From assembly GCA_963924565.1 (NCBI GenBank), contig OZ004607.1, positions 27,032,001-27,096,000 of the forward strand: a DNA stretch of 64,000 nucleotides. The letters run 5' to 3'. This document shows, one piece after another, positions 1 to 12,600 of this stretch (its first letter is position 1; every line of letters begins with the position of its first letter). A program made the position numbers and the translations under genes. The notes beneath the pieces are model-generated. The model saw only the letters and a program-made list of their open reading frames with translations, was not told the origin of the DNA and did no database searches. Origin of the DNA: Ascidiella aspersa. Its lineage: Eukaryota.

Positions 1-21
1 AAATTGAAGTAAAAATTTTGA

Positions 22-69
22 GCCTCGATGGCGCAGTAGGCAGCGCGTGAGTCTCATAATCTCAAGGTC
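22..69 (+). pseudogene. Truncated elongator tRNA-Met(CAT) copy (5' two-thirds only)
   Basis: GCCTCGATGGCGCAGTAGGCAGCGCGTGAGTCTCATAATCTCAAGGTC matches the metazoan elongator tRNA-Met 5' strand, D arm and anticodon arm (CAT at 55-57). T arm and 3' acceptor strand are replaced by T-rich sequence. Confidence 0.8.
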
Positions 70-206
70 TTTTGTTGTTTTTTTGGCAACAAGTATTTAT
101 TTTTTATAAAAATTCACAAATTGAAGTAATGTAAGCTTCTTGCTATTTAAAGTAGCATGAATATTTTTTTTAAATCATATGCAATTTGAAATTGACAAAT
201 TGAAGT

Positions 207-279
207 ACTTCGATGGCACAGTAGGCAGCGCGTGTTTCTCACAATCTTAAGGTCGTGGGTTCGATTCTCACTTGGGGCA
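207..279 (+). pseudogene. Full-length but degenerate tRNA-Met-derived pseudogene (anticodon mutated to CAC)
   Basis: 73-nt tRNA-Met-like sequence with A box and GTTCGATTC B box. Anticodon stem TGTTT/TCTTA is poorly paired; mismatches in the acceptor and D stems. Confidence 0.75.
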
Positions 280-650
280 ATTGGTTTACCAGCAACATAT
301 ATATATATTTTTTCGTAAAAGCCTGTGCAATTTGAATTTGACAAATTGAAGGAATTATTGTAAGCCTTGATGGCACAGTAGCCAGCACATAAGTATCGAT
401 TTGTTTTATAGAACTCTATGCAGTTTGTAATTGGAAGCCACAATTGCGCAGTGGGCAACGCGCGAGTCATGGCATTTGACTTTTATTCCAGGGTTAAATT
501 TCTGATATGTACTTTAATAAATCCGCGATTGAGCAGTAGGAAGCACGTGATTTTCTACGTCTCTTTTTTGTGTGTATCATATTAGTGGATTATTTCAAGA
601 CAATGTTGAATACCGTAGCAAGTATATTTCGTAACTAGCAGTATTCTAAC

Positions 651-3600
651 CTGTCCGATCGTACCCAAGTCGTTGCTTGAGCCTTTCTATGGCGACCGAG
701 TGGTTCGAAGAGTGCTCCAATACGAATGAGATGTCCGCCCGGTATTTGTCGAACACTTGTTCAGCTCTTTTCACAAATGATTCGTGTATCTTTACGTACA
801 TAACTTGGTTTAAACCATTGCTATTTTGTATTCAATGCTAATTTTTCACAGCACCAAACTGATATTTCGGGCCAATCGAGCTCGATGCAAAAGGTTTAAA
901 TATATGATGATACTTTTTAATATTTTGCATAGATGTAATAAGCTGATATATGACCCAACTTTGTCGGCTTAAATTGAAGTGTTGTGGTTGGTACTCAATT
1001 ATTGCCGTTGCATTCTTGTTACATTTATAATAATATTTATTGGATCTATGGGAATTTAAATAAAACACAGACAGTTTAGGTTGTCGTCTCATGTGATAAA
1101 GTAATAAATTAAGCAAGTGAGTTGTATGATTAGTATTGCAATCATTTTTCAAATAGAAGCATTCTATTGTGATATATTTAGGTAAAAATATTTCATTAGC
1201 GAAAATACTTGTGAAATAAATTAATGACCCCAACCCTGATGTGCCGTAGCTTAAAATAATTGTACTGTATATAAAAACTACTAAAATACCTGAACATTTT
1301 GTCGCATTTGGTTGACGTCATCACTTATAGTTAGGAAGTTTTGACGTGCTTGTAACGTCGTTGTGCTCTACCGCAAAACAAATAAAAATCATGATGCTGT
1401 GGTCGACGAACGACTATTCAATTTTGTTTTGCTTGCTTTTTACTTTACTATACCGAAACCAATGAGAACTAAAAGCTACGATTAAGGAAGGCAAAGGTTA
1501 CCTAAAAAATTACAAGTATGACTGTCGATATTATGCAACTTACCTGTGCGGACAACGCTTCTCGGACATCCGTCAGGCCATCCTCTGCATTATTAACCCG
1601 TTCATTGAGCAGAGTATAGTCACTCTCCAGGTTTCTGATGTTGGCTTGTGTTGTCCGTATATCAGCAAAATGGGCGTCCAAAACACCCTTGTTTTCGGCG
1701 ATAGCATCTGCAAGTTATTGTGTAGCAGAATATCGATGAAAGGACATCGGTATTAGCGTAATAGAGATGGGCATTTTAAGACGTGTATAAGTTCCAGAAT
1801 GCATTTTAAAAACTAAAAAGAAAAATGTAATTAAAAAGCCTTTTACCAAATTTAACGACTTTAATGATGTTTTGTTAAATTAAAAAAAAAAATCAAACAT
1901 TTTTAAAGAAAATTAAAATTCGGTATAGTTGGCGAATAATTTTAATTCTATAAATTCAGCCATATTATTGGCAAAATACAGCACCAATAAATAAATACTG
2001 TACGGTGGCACAACTGGTCTAAGTATAGGTTTAACGGCAAGATAAATGGAGGGTATGGTTAACGGGATGTATTCCAAAGCAGATACGGTATACGCATCCA
2101 CGAATAAGTTCCGTAAAAAAGTTTAACCAATAGCTAACGAAACAAAAACGAACCTGTGGTCGACTTGTACTTAAAGTTCAGTTCTGCAAGTCCCTGATCG
2201 TTCTCCCGCTTGTTCTCTCCCACCCGACCGTCCAGTTCCGTCAGCGTCTCCCGGAGCCTGTGCACTAAGCCCTCCTGTTCCCCGTCTGTACGCGCGCGCA
2301 GCGTCGTCTCATGAAGCAGCGAACGATTCAACGAGTCCAGGCGCTCCTCGTGGCGTGACGTCATCGGTTGAAGGTCGTCCACGCGACCTTGAAGGCGCGT
2401 CAGACGGTTGTCCAGGTCGCCGCCGCGCAGGGACTCGACTAGCACCTGCTGGGCCACGTCAGACTGGAAGCCGTCCAGTCGCTGTGTAATGTCATTGAGC
2501 GTCTTGTCACCATTGTGCTGCCGCTGGTTTAAGAAGCGATCGCGGTCACGCAGCTCTGTGAGGTTGCCCCTGTAAAACGCGACGGAAAGTGGGGATCTGG
2601 ATCACAAAATTTCCAGGTTTTTCGAAGAGAAAAGATTTTAAATTTGAAGCTGTTCAAATCTTTGAAGCCTATTTACACGAAAATACTAATTAAGTGGGCG
2701 AGTTCTGTATGATCCAATAACTCCAAATGTGTCTTTGTCTTTGAAAATATATGACAATATACGATTTTGGTTTTTGAGCAACAAATTTGTGCTAATCTGA
2801 GTAATTAACAACACGCATTTTTTGTATATTTGGAACATTTATGCACTGAACGAAACAATTATTTCATTTTCAAGTAGCCTAACTACAAAAATTCAAATGT
2901 CACATATATGAACCAGGGGCTACAGCTTCCTCAGCCCCCGCCTTAATCCACCATGCTTTCATATTGTAGCATACAGTAATTGCGACTGCAAAACTTCTGT
3001 TTAGGCAAAGCAAAAGGGGAATGATCGCTTTACAGATACTGAACATTTTAACAATATACTGCCGGAAACGCATAATTAATCAAATCTATTAATTTCTCAG
3101 CTCGAAAATACCATTAGCTCCTAAGATCTCAGCACTTTTTGACCATAGAAGACATACCTCTGATCTGACTGACTGTATATGGGCTGACCTAGTGCAAGTG
3201 CTTATAATATTCAGATACTAGATTATGTGTTACCAAACAATGTGTCAAGATGATGAAACAGTACACATTTACATCACAGAATAGAAAACAATGTAAACAT
3301 TGCTTCTAATGTTGCGAGAGCATAAGAACTCTTACTACTTTATTATCATTATAAGAACTCCTACTACTTTTCTACCTTTATAAATTTTAATGTCTTCAGG
3401 AGCTGCTTGAACTACATCTGCAAAGTTACTAGGGTTATTACATTTAGAGTGAAAATAAAAAGTCTTATTTTATAGCACTTTAGAACAGAAAATTTGACTT
3501 TTTATGACTTTATAACTCCTGAAAGGGAGTCCACACTCCAAAACATCCTAGTTTTTCCCTGAAATTAGTTTCACAACTTTCAGTATCACCAAAAGTTTAT

Positions 3601-6600
3601 ATGGATGAATTTTACTTGCCCTCCAAAATTAGGAGGATTTTTAGGAGTCTTAATTATGCTGAAAAGTCCGAATTAACTTCGATCAACACCATTTTTTGTG
3701 ATTCAATTTACATTAGTTTGGCTGCACACCTGTATCGACAGAGACACTTAAAAATGCTGTACGTTTTAAAGAATTATCAAGTATGGACTCATTACAACTG
3801 GTCATTCACTGCGATAATAATCGTTTGGTGAATATTTTAATATAACTTGTTTTTAATTTTTTTTCCAACAGCCCTTAAATACAAGTTATCTCGAAGCATT
3901 TGTTGCACATTGCCAACAAACAATACTAGGGTTAACAACGCCCATTTAATTCACATATTTGTAAATTTTGCATCACCCCCTCAAAATTGGAAAGAATATT
4001 TTGGTCGACTTAACACATCACCGGACTTACCTGAAGACTCGATCGAGGTTTATTAGTTTTCTCGAAATGTCGTGAACTCTGTCGTCGGTTCGATCAATCT
4101 TCTGCTTGGTACTGTTGAGCTGAGCTCTGAACAGATCGAAAAACTAACACATTGCGAAAAAAACATGAACGATCATAGCCTTATAAATTACGCGAAACGA
4201 ATAAACAACTTATTACGAATAACAACCTAATAATGTTAAAAAAAAAATAATTTTGACTAAAAACCTAACCAAAATACTAAAAATTATATATATATGTATA
4301 TATATTTATTATATTATCTAGCCATAAGATTTATTAGGTCAGTATATTTAATCAATGCAAACCCCGTTCTTGTTATCGAACTATACATTTCAAACAAGTT
4401 TACGCTGTTTCAATACTTTTTTTTCATAAATTTGATAAACTTTTTTTAATTTATTTAACATATCTTACACGACAGAGATTGTAGACCTAAGAAGATAAAA
4501 GTGACTTTCCTTAACAGTGGTTTTCAACGTGTGGGTTGCGAGCAAATTGCACTATGTTTATCAACAGATTCGATAAAGACGCTTTTCTGACCTGTATTGC
4601 AAAAAAACTATTAACTGCTGTGACAAGAACTAGTTATTGCATCACAATAACGATTATTATGGGCACAGACAATCTTGTCGCCATGATGCAATACCATCCA
4701 TCACAATTATGCTGCCTTGTGCATGAATTTAATAGATGAGTATTTTTTCAACAGAGTGATATCACATTATTTTTTTTCTGCTATTACACATACACAAATG
4801 TATTACATATGCCTGAATCATTTTTGGAAAGGGCGTTAGTTACATTGGGTTGTTAAAATGGGTCGCGGTATGAAAAAGGTGGTAAACCACTGCTTTAAAA
4901 TATACCTCCTATCCACCATTATCACACTAAAATTTACCAAGACGTTTTCATTACAAACATCCAAAAAATTCGGGCCGACAACAATTAAACGCAACTAACA
5001 GTAAACGAATCTAACAGTCGTACCTCAAATCGTCGTGGTAAGATTCCAGCCTCGCGTGGCTGGCATCTACGGATGAGATATCGCGTCGGAGTTCGGTCGC
5101 CCGGCTTTCAATGCTGGCCACCGTCTCGTGGAAGCTGCTTATTCCCTGCGAGTTGCGGAAGACCAAGTTGCGCATTCCCTTCAGCGCCTCGATCTTATTG
5201 TCGAGCGCCGGCAGCGCAGCAGCCACCTCGTGGAAAGACTGGATCTGCGAAAGAACCGACTATAGTTACAAATACTGGCCTGATAAACTTTTGATTCCAA
5301 CTTTGCATTTACGATGTTGTTTGTTTTGTTTTTTTCAAATTTTTGTCATTAGTAATTAAAAAACTATGAAAAAAATCTGAGCGAATCACGTTATCATGAT
5401 AAGACAACACCCCGCCCCTTCCGCAACGATCAACCCCTCACAAAATAACGAAATGGACTTCACATTCACTTGTACCCACAGAAACATATTTTTTTTACAT
5501 TAGAGACGTACAATCATAAACTTGCTCGCCCATTGTTTAAAGTTTCTTCTCTCCAATATTGTGTTATGCTTACGCGTTTTCTTTGTTGCCACCCCGAATA
5601 AACTCCCGACCTGGAGCATACATGAGGTGTCCCCTCACAAGTTGACTCGTAATTCCTATATCTTCCTCAAATATTAGCGCGAACTATCAGTGTTGTAATG
5701 ACTTAAGTCAATGACTTGACTTGAGTGCACTTTAGTCACTGTTTTTAAATGACTTGACTTGACTTAAGTCTTTTGGGCAAAATGACTTGAATTAACGTAA
5801 GTATTTTTGGCAAATGACTTCCAGGGTTAAAATAAAAGCAATCATTTATAAAATTTCGTTATTTATCCCAATCTTTGAACATAAAAGAATTTGCTCGTAA
5901 TATGTTGCTTTTATGTTTTTTTTACTTGAGTTGCTCATAATAATCGGAGGCGTTTGCCGGTTTTCATAATTTCAAGTTTAAGAGCTGGACTTGAAGTTGA
6001 CTTGCTCTAACTATGACTTGACTGGGACTTGACTTGGGCAAACGATGACTTGGACTTGGACTTGACTTGTTATTTATTCAAAAAGACTTGACTTGGACTT
6101 AAGTTATTTTACAAATGACTTGACTGGGACTTAAGTCATTTCCAAATTACTTGTTTACAACACTGCGAATTACCACCAAACGCAACGCATTTGTGGTTAC
6201 CACGGTTTAGGCCAGGGGTCGGCAACCTTTTTCTAGTCGCGGGCCAAAACAAAATTTAAAAAGGTCTCTGCGGGCCGCACAAAATGATAACCAAGAATTG
6301 TGGTATTTAAATGTTAGAACAACTGTGAATCAGGCAGGCCTCGGATATTTTTTTGCACTTAAAAACGTGTTTAATTACATTTACAGAGGCATTAAAGTGT
6401 TAACGCATTTTAAGTTAATCTAGTTCAGTGTTTGTTAACTGTTTGAAGTCAAGGCGCATTTGGCGAGCGAAGCGAGCGCGATTTTGTTTGGCATACCGGT
6501 TTTTAAGTTTTTATTACATAGCCGAAAAAAGAAAAATGCTAAAAAATTGATAGCCAATATTTTTTATTACTTTTTCCTATTTTTGGCTACGCACTTGGCA

Positions 6601-9600
6601 GCCTTCCACGGCGCAACGGTAAAGAATCGCTGATCTAGTTGAAAAGGCAGCATCAAACGTAAACAAACCGGGCGTATAATAAATATTCGCGCGTAGCGCA
6701 ATTATGTAGTTAAAATAGCCAAAAAGTATGTGAAATTGACTTGTGTCTAATTTGTCAAAGAGGCGGCGGGCCGGATGAATTACATCGGCGGGCCGGATCC
6801 GGCCCGTGGGCCGTAGGTTGCCGACCCCTGGTTTAGGCGGTAATTTTTAAACCTGCGTTTCTAGAAGCCGAACTGCAGTGGGTAGGACCAGCAAACCGTC
6901 AGGAAGACCTGATGGCAATGGGTAGTTGGGTTGCGAGTTGTTCGGCTCCGCTTTTGTCGTTTGGATGTTGTCTACCCTCTTTGAGATGTTCGAGATTCGA
7001 CGCACTAAGTCGGCAATAGTCACAAAGTCCATTTCTCCGTCCAACAGAGTCTGAAGGGAAAGGAGGAATTAGGCTCATGGTAAAAACGCCAAGCTTAAAT
7101 GTATTTCTTACGAGGTTTTTTTCGGCTTCGATAACAGGCAGCATGTCGCTAAATGAGGTCACGTCTGATGCAACCTCTTGCATTGCGTGATGCAAGGAAT
7201 GGAGTTCGGCCGAGATTGTTTGGTTCAACTGATTAACGTCAGAATGGCGTGCGCAGTGTCGCTTCAGGACTGCCAAAAAATATTTAAAATATCCGCTGCT
7301 GATAACAGTAGTGTCACGTGTACTTAATATCAGATTTCTAACAAACATATAGGACGAAACATATAGTGTTATTGCAGTAATATTTCATATAGTAGCGCAG
7401 CGATTTAAAAAGTTTCACTTGACGTATCTATTAATTTATTTAGACAATAGCAAATGTTTAAAAGATTTTAACAGATTTATAGGTATGACCAGCGAGATTC
7501 AACTTACAAGTGAAAATGCGGAATCGCTTTCTGTGATTGGTGATCAGACGTCGATTTTCCATAACGGTTAAACGAAGTCGCTTTAAACCATTCACCAAAA
7601 CCTTTGAAGAGGGCGTCGTGTTAGGCACGGCGACACGTAACAACGCAAACGCATTTGTCATGTTGCGCCTCCATGCGGCTAAAGAAGCCGTGACGTCATC
7701 AAGGTCATGGCGTAGGTCGTAGTGTGACTGCGATACTGTAAGAGTTGAGCTCTCCTGCGATTCGATCGAGTTTTTCATGAGCGCCATCTCTTTCCTGATG
7801 CTTTTAATGTTGTTCGTGTTAAGTAACGTCGTGTTAATCATGCCATTAGGCGGAAATGCCGAACTATCCTTCATGTCAGATCTAGCGGCAACCCCGGCCA
7901 GGGCCTCGGCCAGGCCGTCGAATTCAGAACGAGTAACATAGTTCGTGCTATCGAGCTGTTGATTGTCAGAAGATAAAGGTCGAGTTTGCGGCTGCATTTT
8001 GTGAGAATTCGAAAGCTCGCGTTCCATTCCAACCAGGGTTCTATTTAAGCTCTGCAGCGACATCTCGTGCTTGTACACCTCGTTGTTCAGATCGGCGAGA
8101 ATCGTATCGCCCATGTTTATAGCCTGATAAACAAAAACATCTTTAAAGGCTTTTGGCTTGAAGGAACAGCGCAAGAAAAAAATAAGGATTCGTTTAGCTG
8201 CAACAGAAATTGTTGGTCCAAAACTTAGTAAAAAGATGACCCTAAAAAATACAATTTTTGCTAAAAAGATAGAAATAAAAGAATATATTAGGAAACCTAA
8301 GAATATGTTATGATATAATTGCAAAGTGTATCAAGGACTGTTACAAGTTGATAAACTGTAGAAACTTACCTCAAAAATGCTTGGGATTGTAATCTCGTGC
8401 TCAGCTACAGTGAAGCTCATTTGCGATAGCGAAACCGTCGCATTTTCCAAAAGAATTCGAATTTCTTCTAAATCGCTACTCTTCGTTTGCTCGATTTGTT
8501 CTCTTGCCCTTAACCTGAACGACGTAAATACGTTTTGGGGATAGGCATACAAACCACACATTTTCTCTCTCTCTCTATATATATATATTATATGTAGTTG
8601 AGCAGGTACCAATTAAAAATCATCTCGCCTATCACGTTTAAAACAAAATCTACATTTAAAAAATTGCTTTCCAATACCCAGTAGATATTCACCTTCTGTC
8701 ATAATCTCCGAGCTGTTGAAAGCCTTCCGCCAGCATGGAAGACTGAACTGTAATACTGGAATTGAGTGTTTCCAAGTCCTCCATTAGCCTTAGAATTCTT
8801 TGATCATCTTTTGAATTTGTAGATGCTGATGTGCTTATGGAGCTTCGTGCCAGAAACGGTGACTCTGCGATACTACTAGAATCGGAACTTCGAACGCCAC
8901 TTTGTTTGATTTCCGCGGCAATTTCGTCTAGCCTTTGACCGTAGTTGTACATCGTGAACTGAAAAATGCGAAAGTCCTCTTCCATGCTGGAAATTTTTAT
9001 CTCGAGATTGGTAGTAAGATATTCCTCCAACTGAAGAATTCGATTATCCATCTCTATGTTACTCGGAAGATACGGATCTTGGAAAGGAACGCTATTATAA
9101 TGCTTGGTTTGATTGGTTTCCGACTGAGAATTGCCGGAGTTAGAAGCAGTGCCCTGTTGTTGTTGAAAGATCCTGGTGGAGAGATCCGTCAGAATTTGGT
9201 AGTGTCTTGTCACAGTCTTGTTTAAGTATGCTAAGTTGCCCTGCAGAACCTAGAATCATAAATCAAGTGTTTTTGTAAGGTATATTTTATTTAGGGTCAA
9301 AACGCAAAAAATCCGTTATTGTTAGATTTTCGACGTTATATAATACATCCTAAACGGACACATCCTTTACACGCCGTATTCAGCGTGGGAGCCTGTACTT
9401 GATCGATACTAATAGTTTACTATACAGTATCCTAAACAGTTAATTTTAAAAAAAAACTATTTTTTGAACGTGTGCGGTATTAATATTCGTATTAAATAAT
9501 TATTTTATTAGGATAAATGACTTGGTGATACATTCAATCTGCCGTTACCTCCGGACTGGTAACTGCATGGTTTGCTCACGCGTTCGACTTGGGTGTTAAT

Positions 9601-12600
9601 TCAAGCAAAATAACACTTTCCAACCAGACTTATTTTGTTAAACTATATACAGTAACATATTAAGCTAAAACCTACATCAACATTTTGACTTTTGGCGAAG
9701 GTATTGAACTTTGAAACAGCGTCTACAAGTTCTCCTTGTTGAGTTCCTATGTCTTTCTTCAATCCCGACATCAGCACACCAAATCGATCAGTTGCTATAC
9801 GCTGGTTTTCTGTATCGAATTGACGTCATTCAAATATTAAACTATCACAAACTTCGTAACTTTGAATTGGAATGAAGTGGCTGTTTAAAATGCTGGCCAA
9901 AAAGCCCTTCAATACGAAGTTAAAAACTTTTTTATCACTGATAAGTATTAATAATGGTAGGACGAATATTGGAGTTTGTGTTTCAAGGTTTAAAGTTTAA
10001 GCCAAATAAACAAAATTGTATTACAATTGTAGCACCAAATATAAATATTTGTATTTGACAGAAGCACGCCAATATAACTGTTTTGACATTTAGGGGTTCA
10101 TACCGTTTGTGTGCTGCAAGGCTTCTTGTAGATTGATTACCGCGGCTGTTATCTGCGAAATCATCTCCTGAGATCCTTGATCAGTGTCTCGTGCGCTGAA
10201 TGATGCTGCTCCAAGGTTGGGGCGACTCTGTTCCTTCTCCAAATTCTGCAACCAAAGAACTCCAAGAAAATGAACGCAAAGCATAACGTTGGTAAGCGGA
10301 AAATACTGCATGCCCAGAAAAGGCTAGCGAATTCGTCTGGAAAATACTACGTTTCAGGTGACATTGTTAAAAGATACGTAACTGACGGTTTCGCACAAAT
10401 TTTCGCAGTGACCTATCATCAAGGTCAACTCACATTAAAAACACGCTTTAATCCATATATTATAAAACTATTCATTTTAACACGATTTTAAGTTTGCTCA
10501 AGCAAACATTATTTTCAAAAAGTTTTTTTAAATCGGCCTGTTACAATTTACAAAAAATCGCCTCATATTTAATATGACCCAAGACAGTGGATATCGACAG
10601 AACATGTTTTCCAAAGTAGACAAGTTATTTAGCCAAGCATATCTGGTCGTACTTGTATTGCCGATGTGTGGTTGTGTTGAACGGTCTCGATGATACGAAT
10701 CGACTCACTAATTTCGTCAACAGCCATCTGCAAGTCGTCCATAGGGGTTCCCCCGTAAGCGACACTCGCAAAGGAGGAATCAACGTTGTCTGAAGCAAAC
10801 ATTTTTTTTAAGTTTGCTGGATAGGCATTTGATAACAATAAAGAGGCTACATTGACTAATACGATTCATCGTTTTCATTAATATGTTGAATCTTAATGAT
10901 AAATAATAATTAACTTTTTCCAAATATATTTGAAAGAATATGTTGAATAATAAGCATCATCTTTATAAGATGCGAATTAAATTTAAAAAAAAAATGAAGC
11001 TTCAACTTTTGCCATGTCTATGGCTATAACCTAAGTTGTCGACTTGATTTTGAACGTTTGCAATGTTTTGGTTGATCTCCGTTAAGGTTATTGAAAAGAT
11101 GGAGCTTTCCTCTGTAAAATTAAAAAAATGTATTGAAAAAACAAATAAATGTAAGATTTACAAAACAACAAACTGACACATTGACACATCACTATACATT
11201 GTGTATAACCAATAAAGGGATGCTTGTATGTTATTAAAGAGATAAACATGAAAATAGGCGACCTAGTTTAACTTTTTAACCTGTCATGCGACTTAATACT
11301 TTGACTTGAACGCTTTTAAACGCACAATAAATGACTACATAAAAGGTTTTTATTTGATCACAATTCAACTGCTCTTAAACATTTTCAGAAGTCACACCTA
11401 CTAAATTATACCGCTTCTATTGGAACGTTACGTACAAATGTCTGGTTGTGTTATATAATACCTATAAATTGTTTCCTAAAAATAAATTTCAATGGGTAAT
11501 ATAATTCATTTTGACAACGGTACTTACGCTGTAAGGTCTCTGTTTTTTTGCTAATCATGTTCAGGTTGTTCGCGAAAGATTGGAAGTAGGAATCGTAACC
11601 ACCAACTACAGCGACTGTGTCGTTCATACGCAAGTTGACATGTTCAATTGCTTCGGTCAACTTCCGAAACTCAGTGGAGTCTGTTTAGCAAATTTACAGT
11701 TATTTTATGTTTGCATTGTTTAGCATCTTAAGTTGGGCTACAGATGAAAAACTTAAAAGTTTCAGTTTACTGGTTATTTAATAGCAAACCACATATTTAA
11801 TGTGGCAATGCTCTCACAACCAGCAGCAATTGAGGTTCACAGCGATGTTAACTTAAGCAAATTATCGCACAAGCAATTCTATAATATGTATACCACATAA
11901 ATTATAAGATAGCATCAGTTTTCGGATGAACTAAGAGTTTGGATGTATGCGCAATCAACTCACTGACAACATCCTGTTGATGATGACTTATTCGCGAAGA
12001 GGACGGATCTTGTAGAGCGGTGACGGATTCCAAAATGCTCTGGATCGACTCATCTTGCTGCCGCTGGGATTCTGTAAAAAGTTGGATTAGTATCATCCAC
12101 AATAAAAACGTGTCTTATTTTGGACCCAATGAAAGTGCTTAGGGAAGTATTTCTGTCATAAATACACCTTGCCTTTGTAACACGGTTAAGAGAATCAACA
12201 TTCAATGCTCATTTCAAAGTTTAGGTTCAGTAACATGAAAAGGGGAAAAAACGGTAAGCAAAACAATGATTGAGCCGATGTAGGTTATAACTCATATTAA
12301 ACAGAGTACCCGTTATCTTTGCTAAATGTTCGCACCAATTATTGGGTTATTAACATTTATATTCTATTGGTCCAAAGCTCCTTCAGGTTATAGAGTGAGG
12401 ATTCCGTTTAAAGAATTTTATCTCATCGGTAAATCGAGTAAGAAGGAGTCTTGCATCCGTCAACGCAACGCAAATAATTAATCTTATTAGGAAGTTCCTC
12501 TCCAAATAAAAACTATACGTTTAAAAACCCGAGTGAAACATAAGATCAGACTTTTGTCGAATGAATATATATATATTTAGCCCATAAGCGCGTCAGCAGA

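Larger units (their letters stand above)
1..555 (+). repeat. Decaying tandem array of tRNA-Met-derived units
   Basis: tRNA-Met 5' halves at ~22, 207, 364, 437 and 523; the motif AAATTGAAG recurs at 1, 118, 197 and 343. Lies in an intron of the minus-strand coiled-coil gene. Confidence 0.65.
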
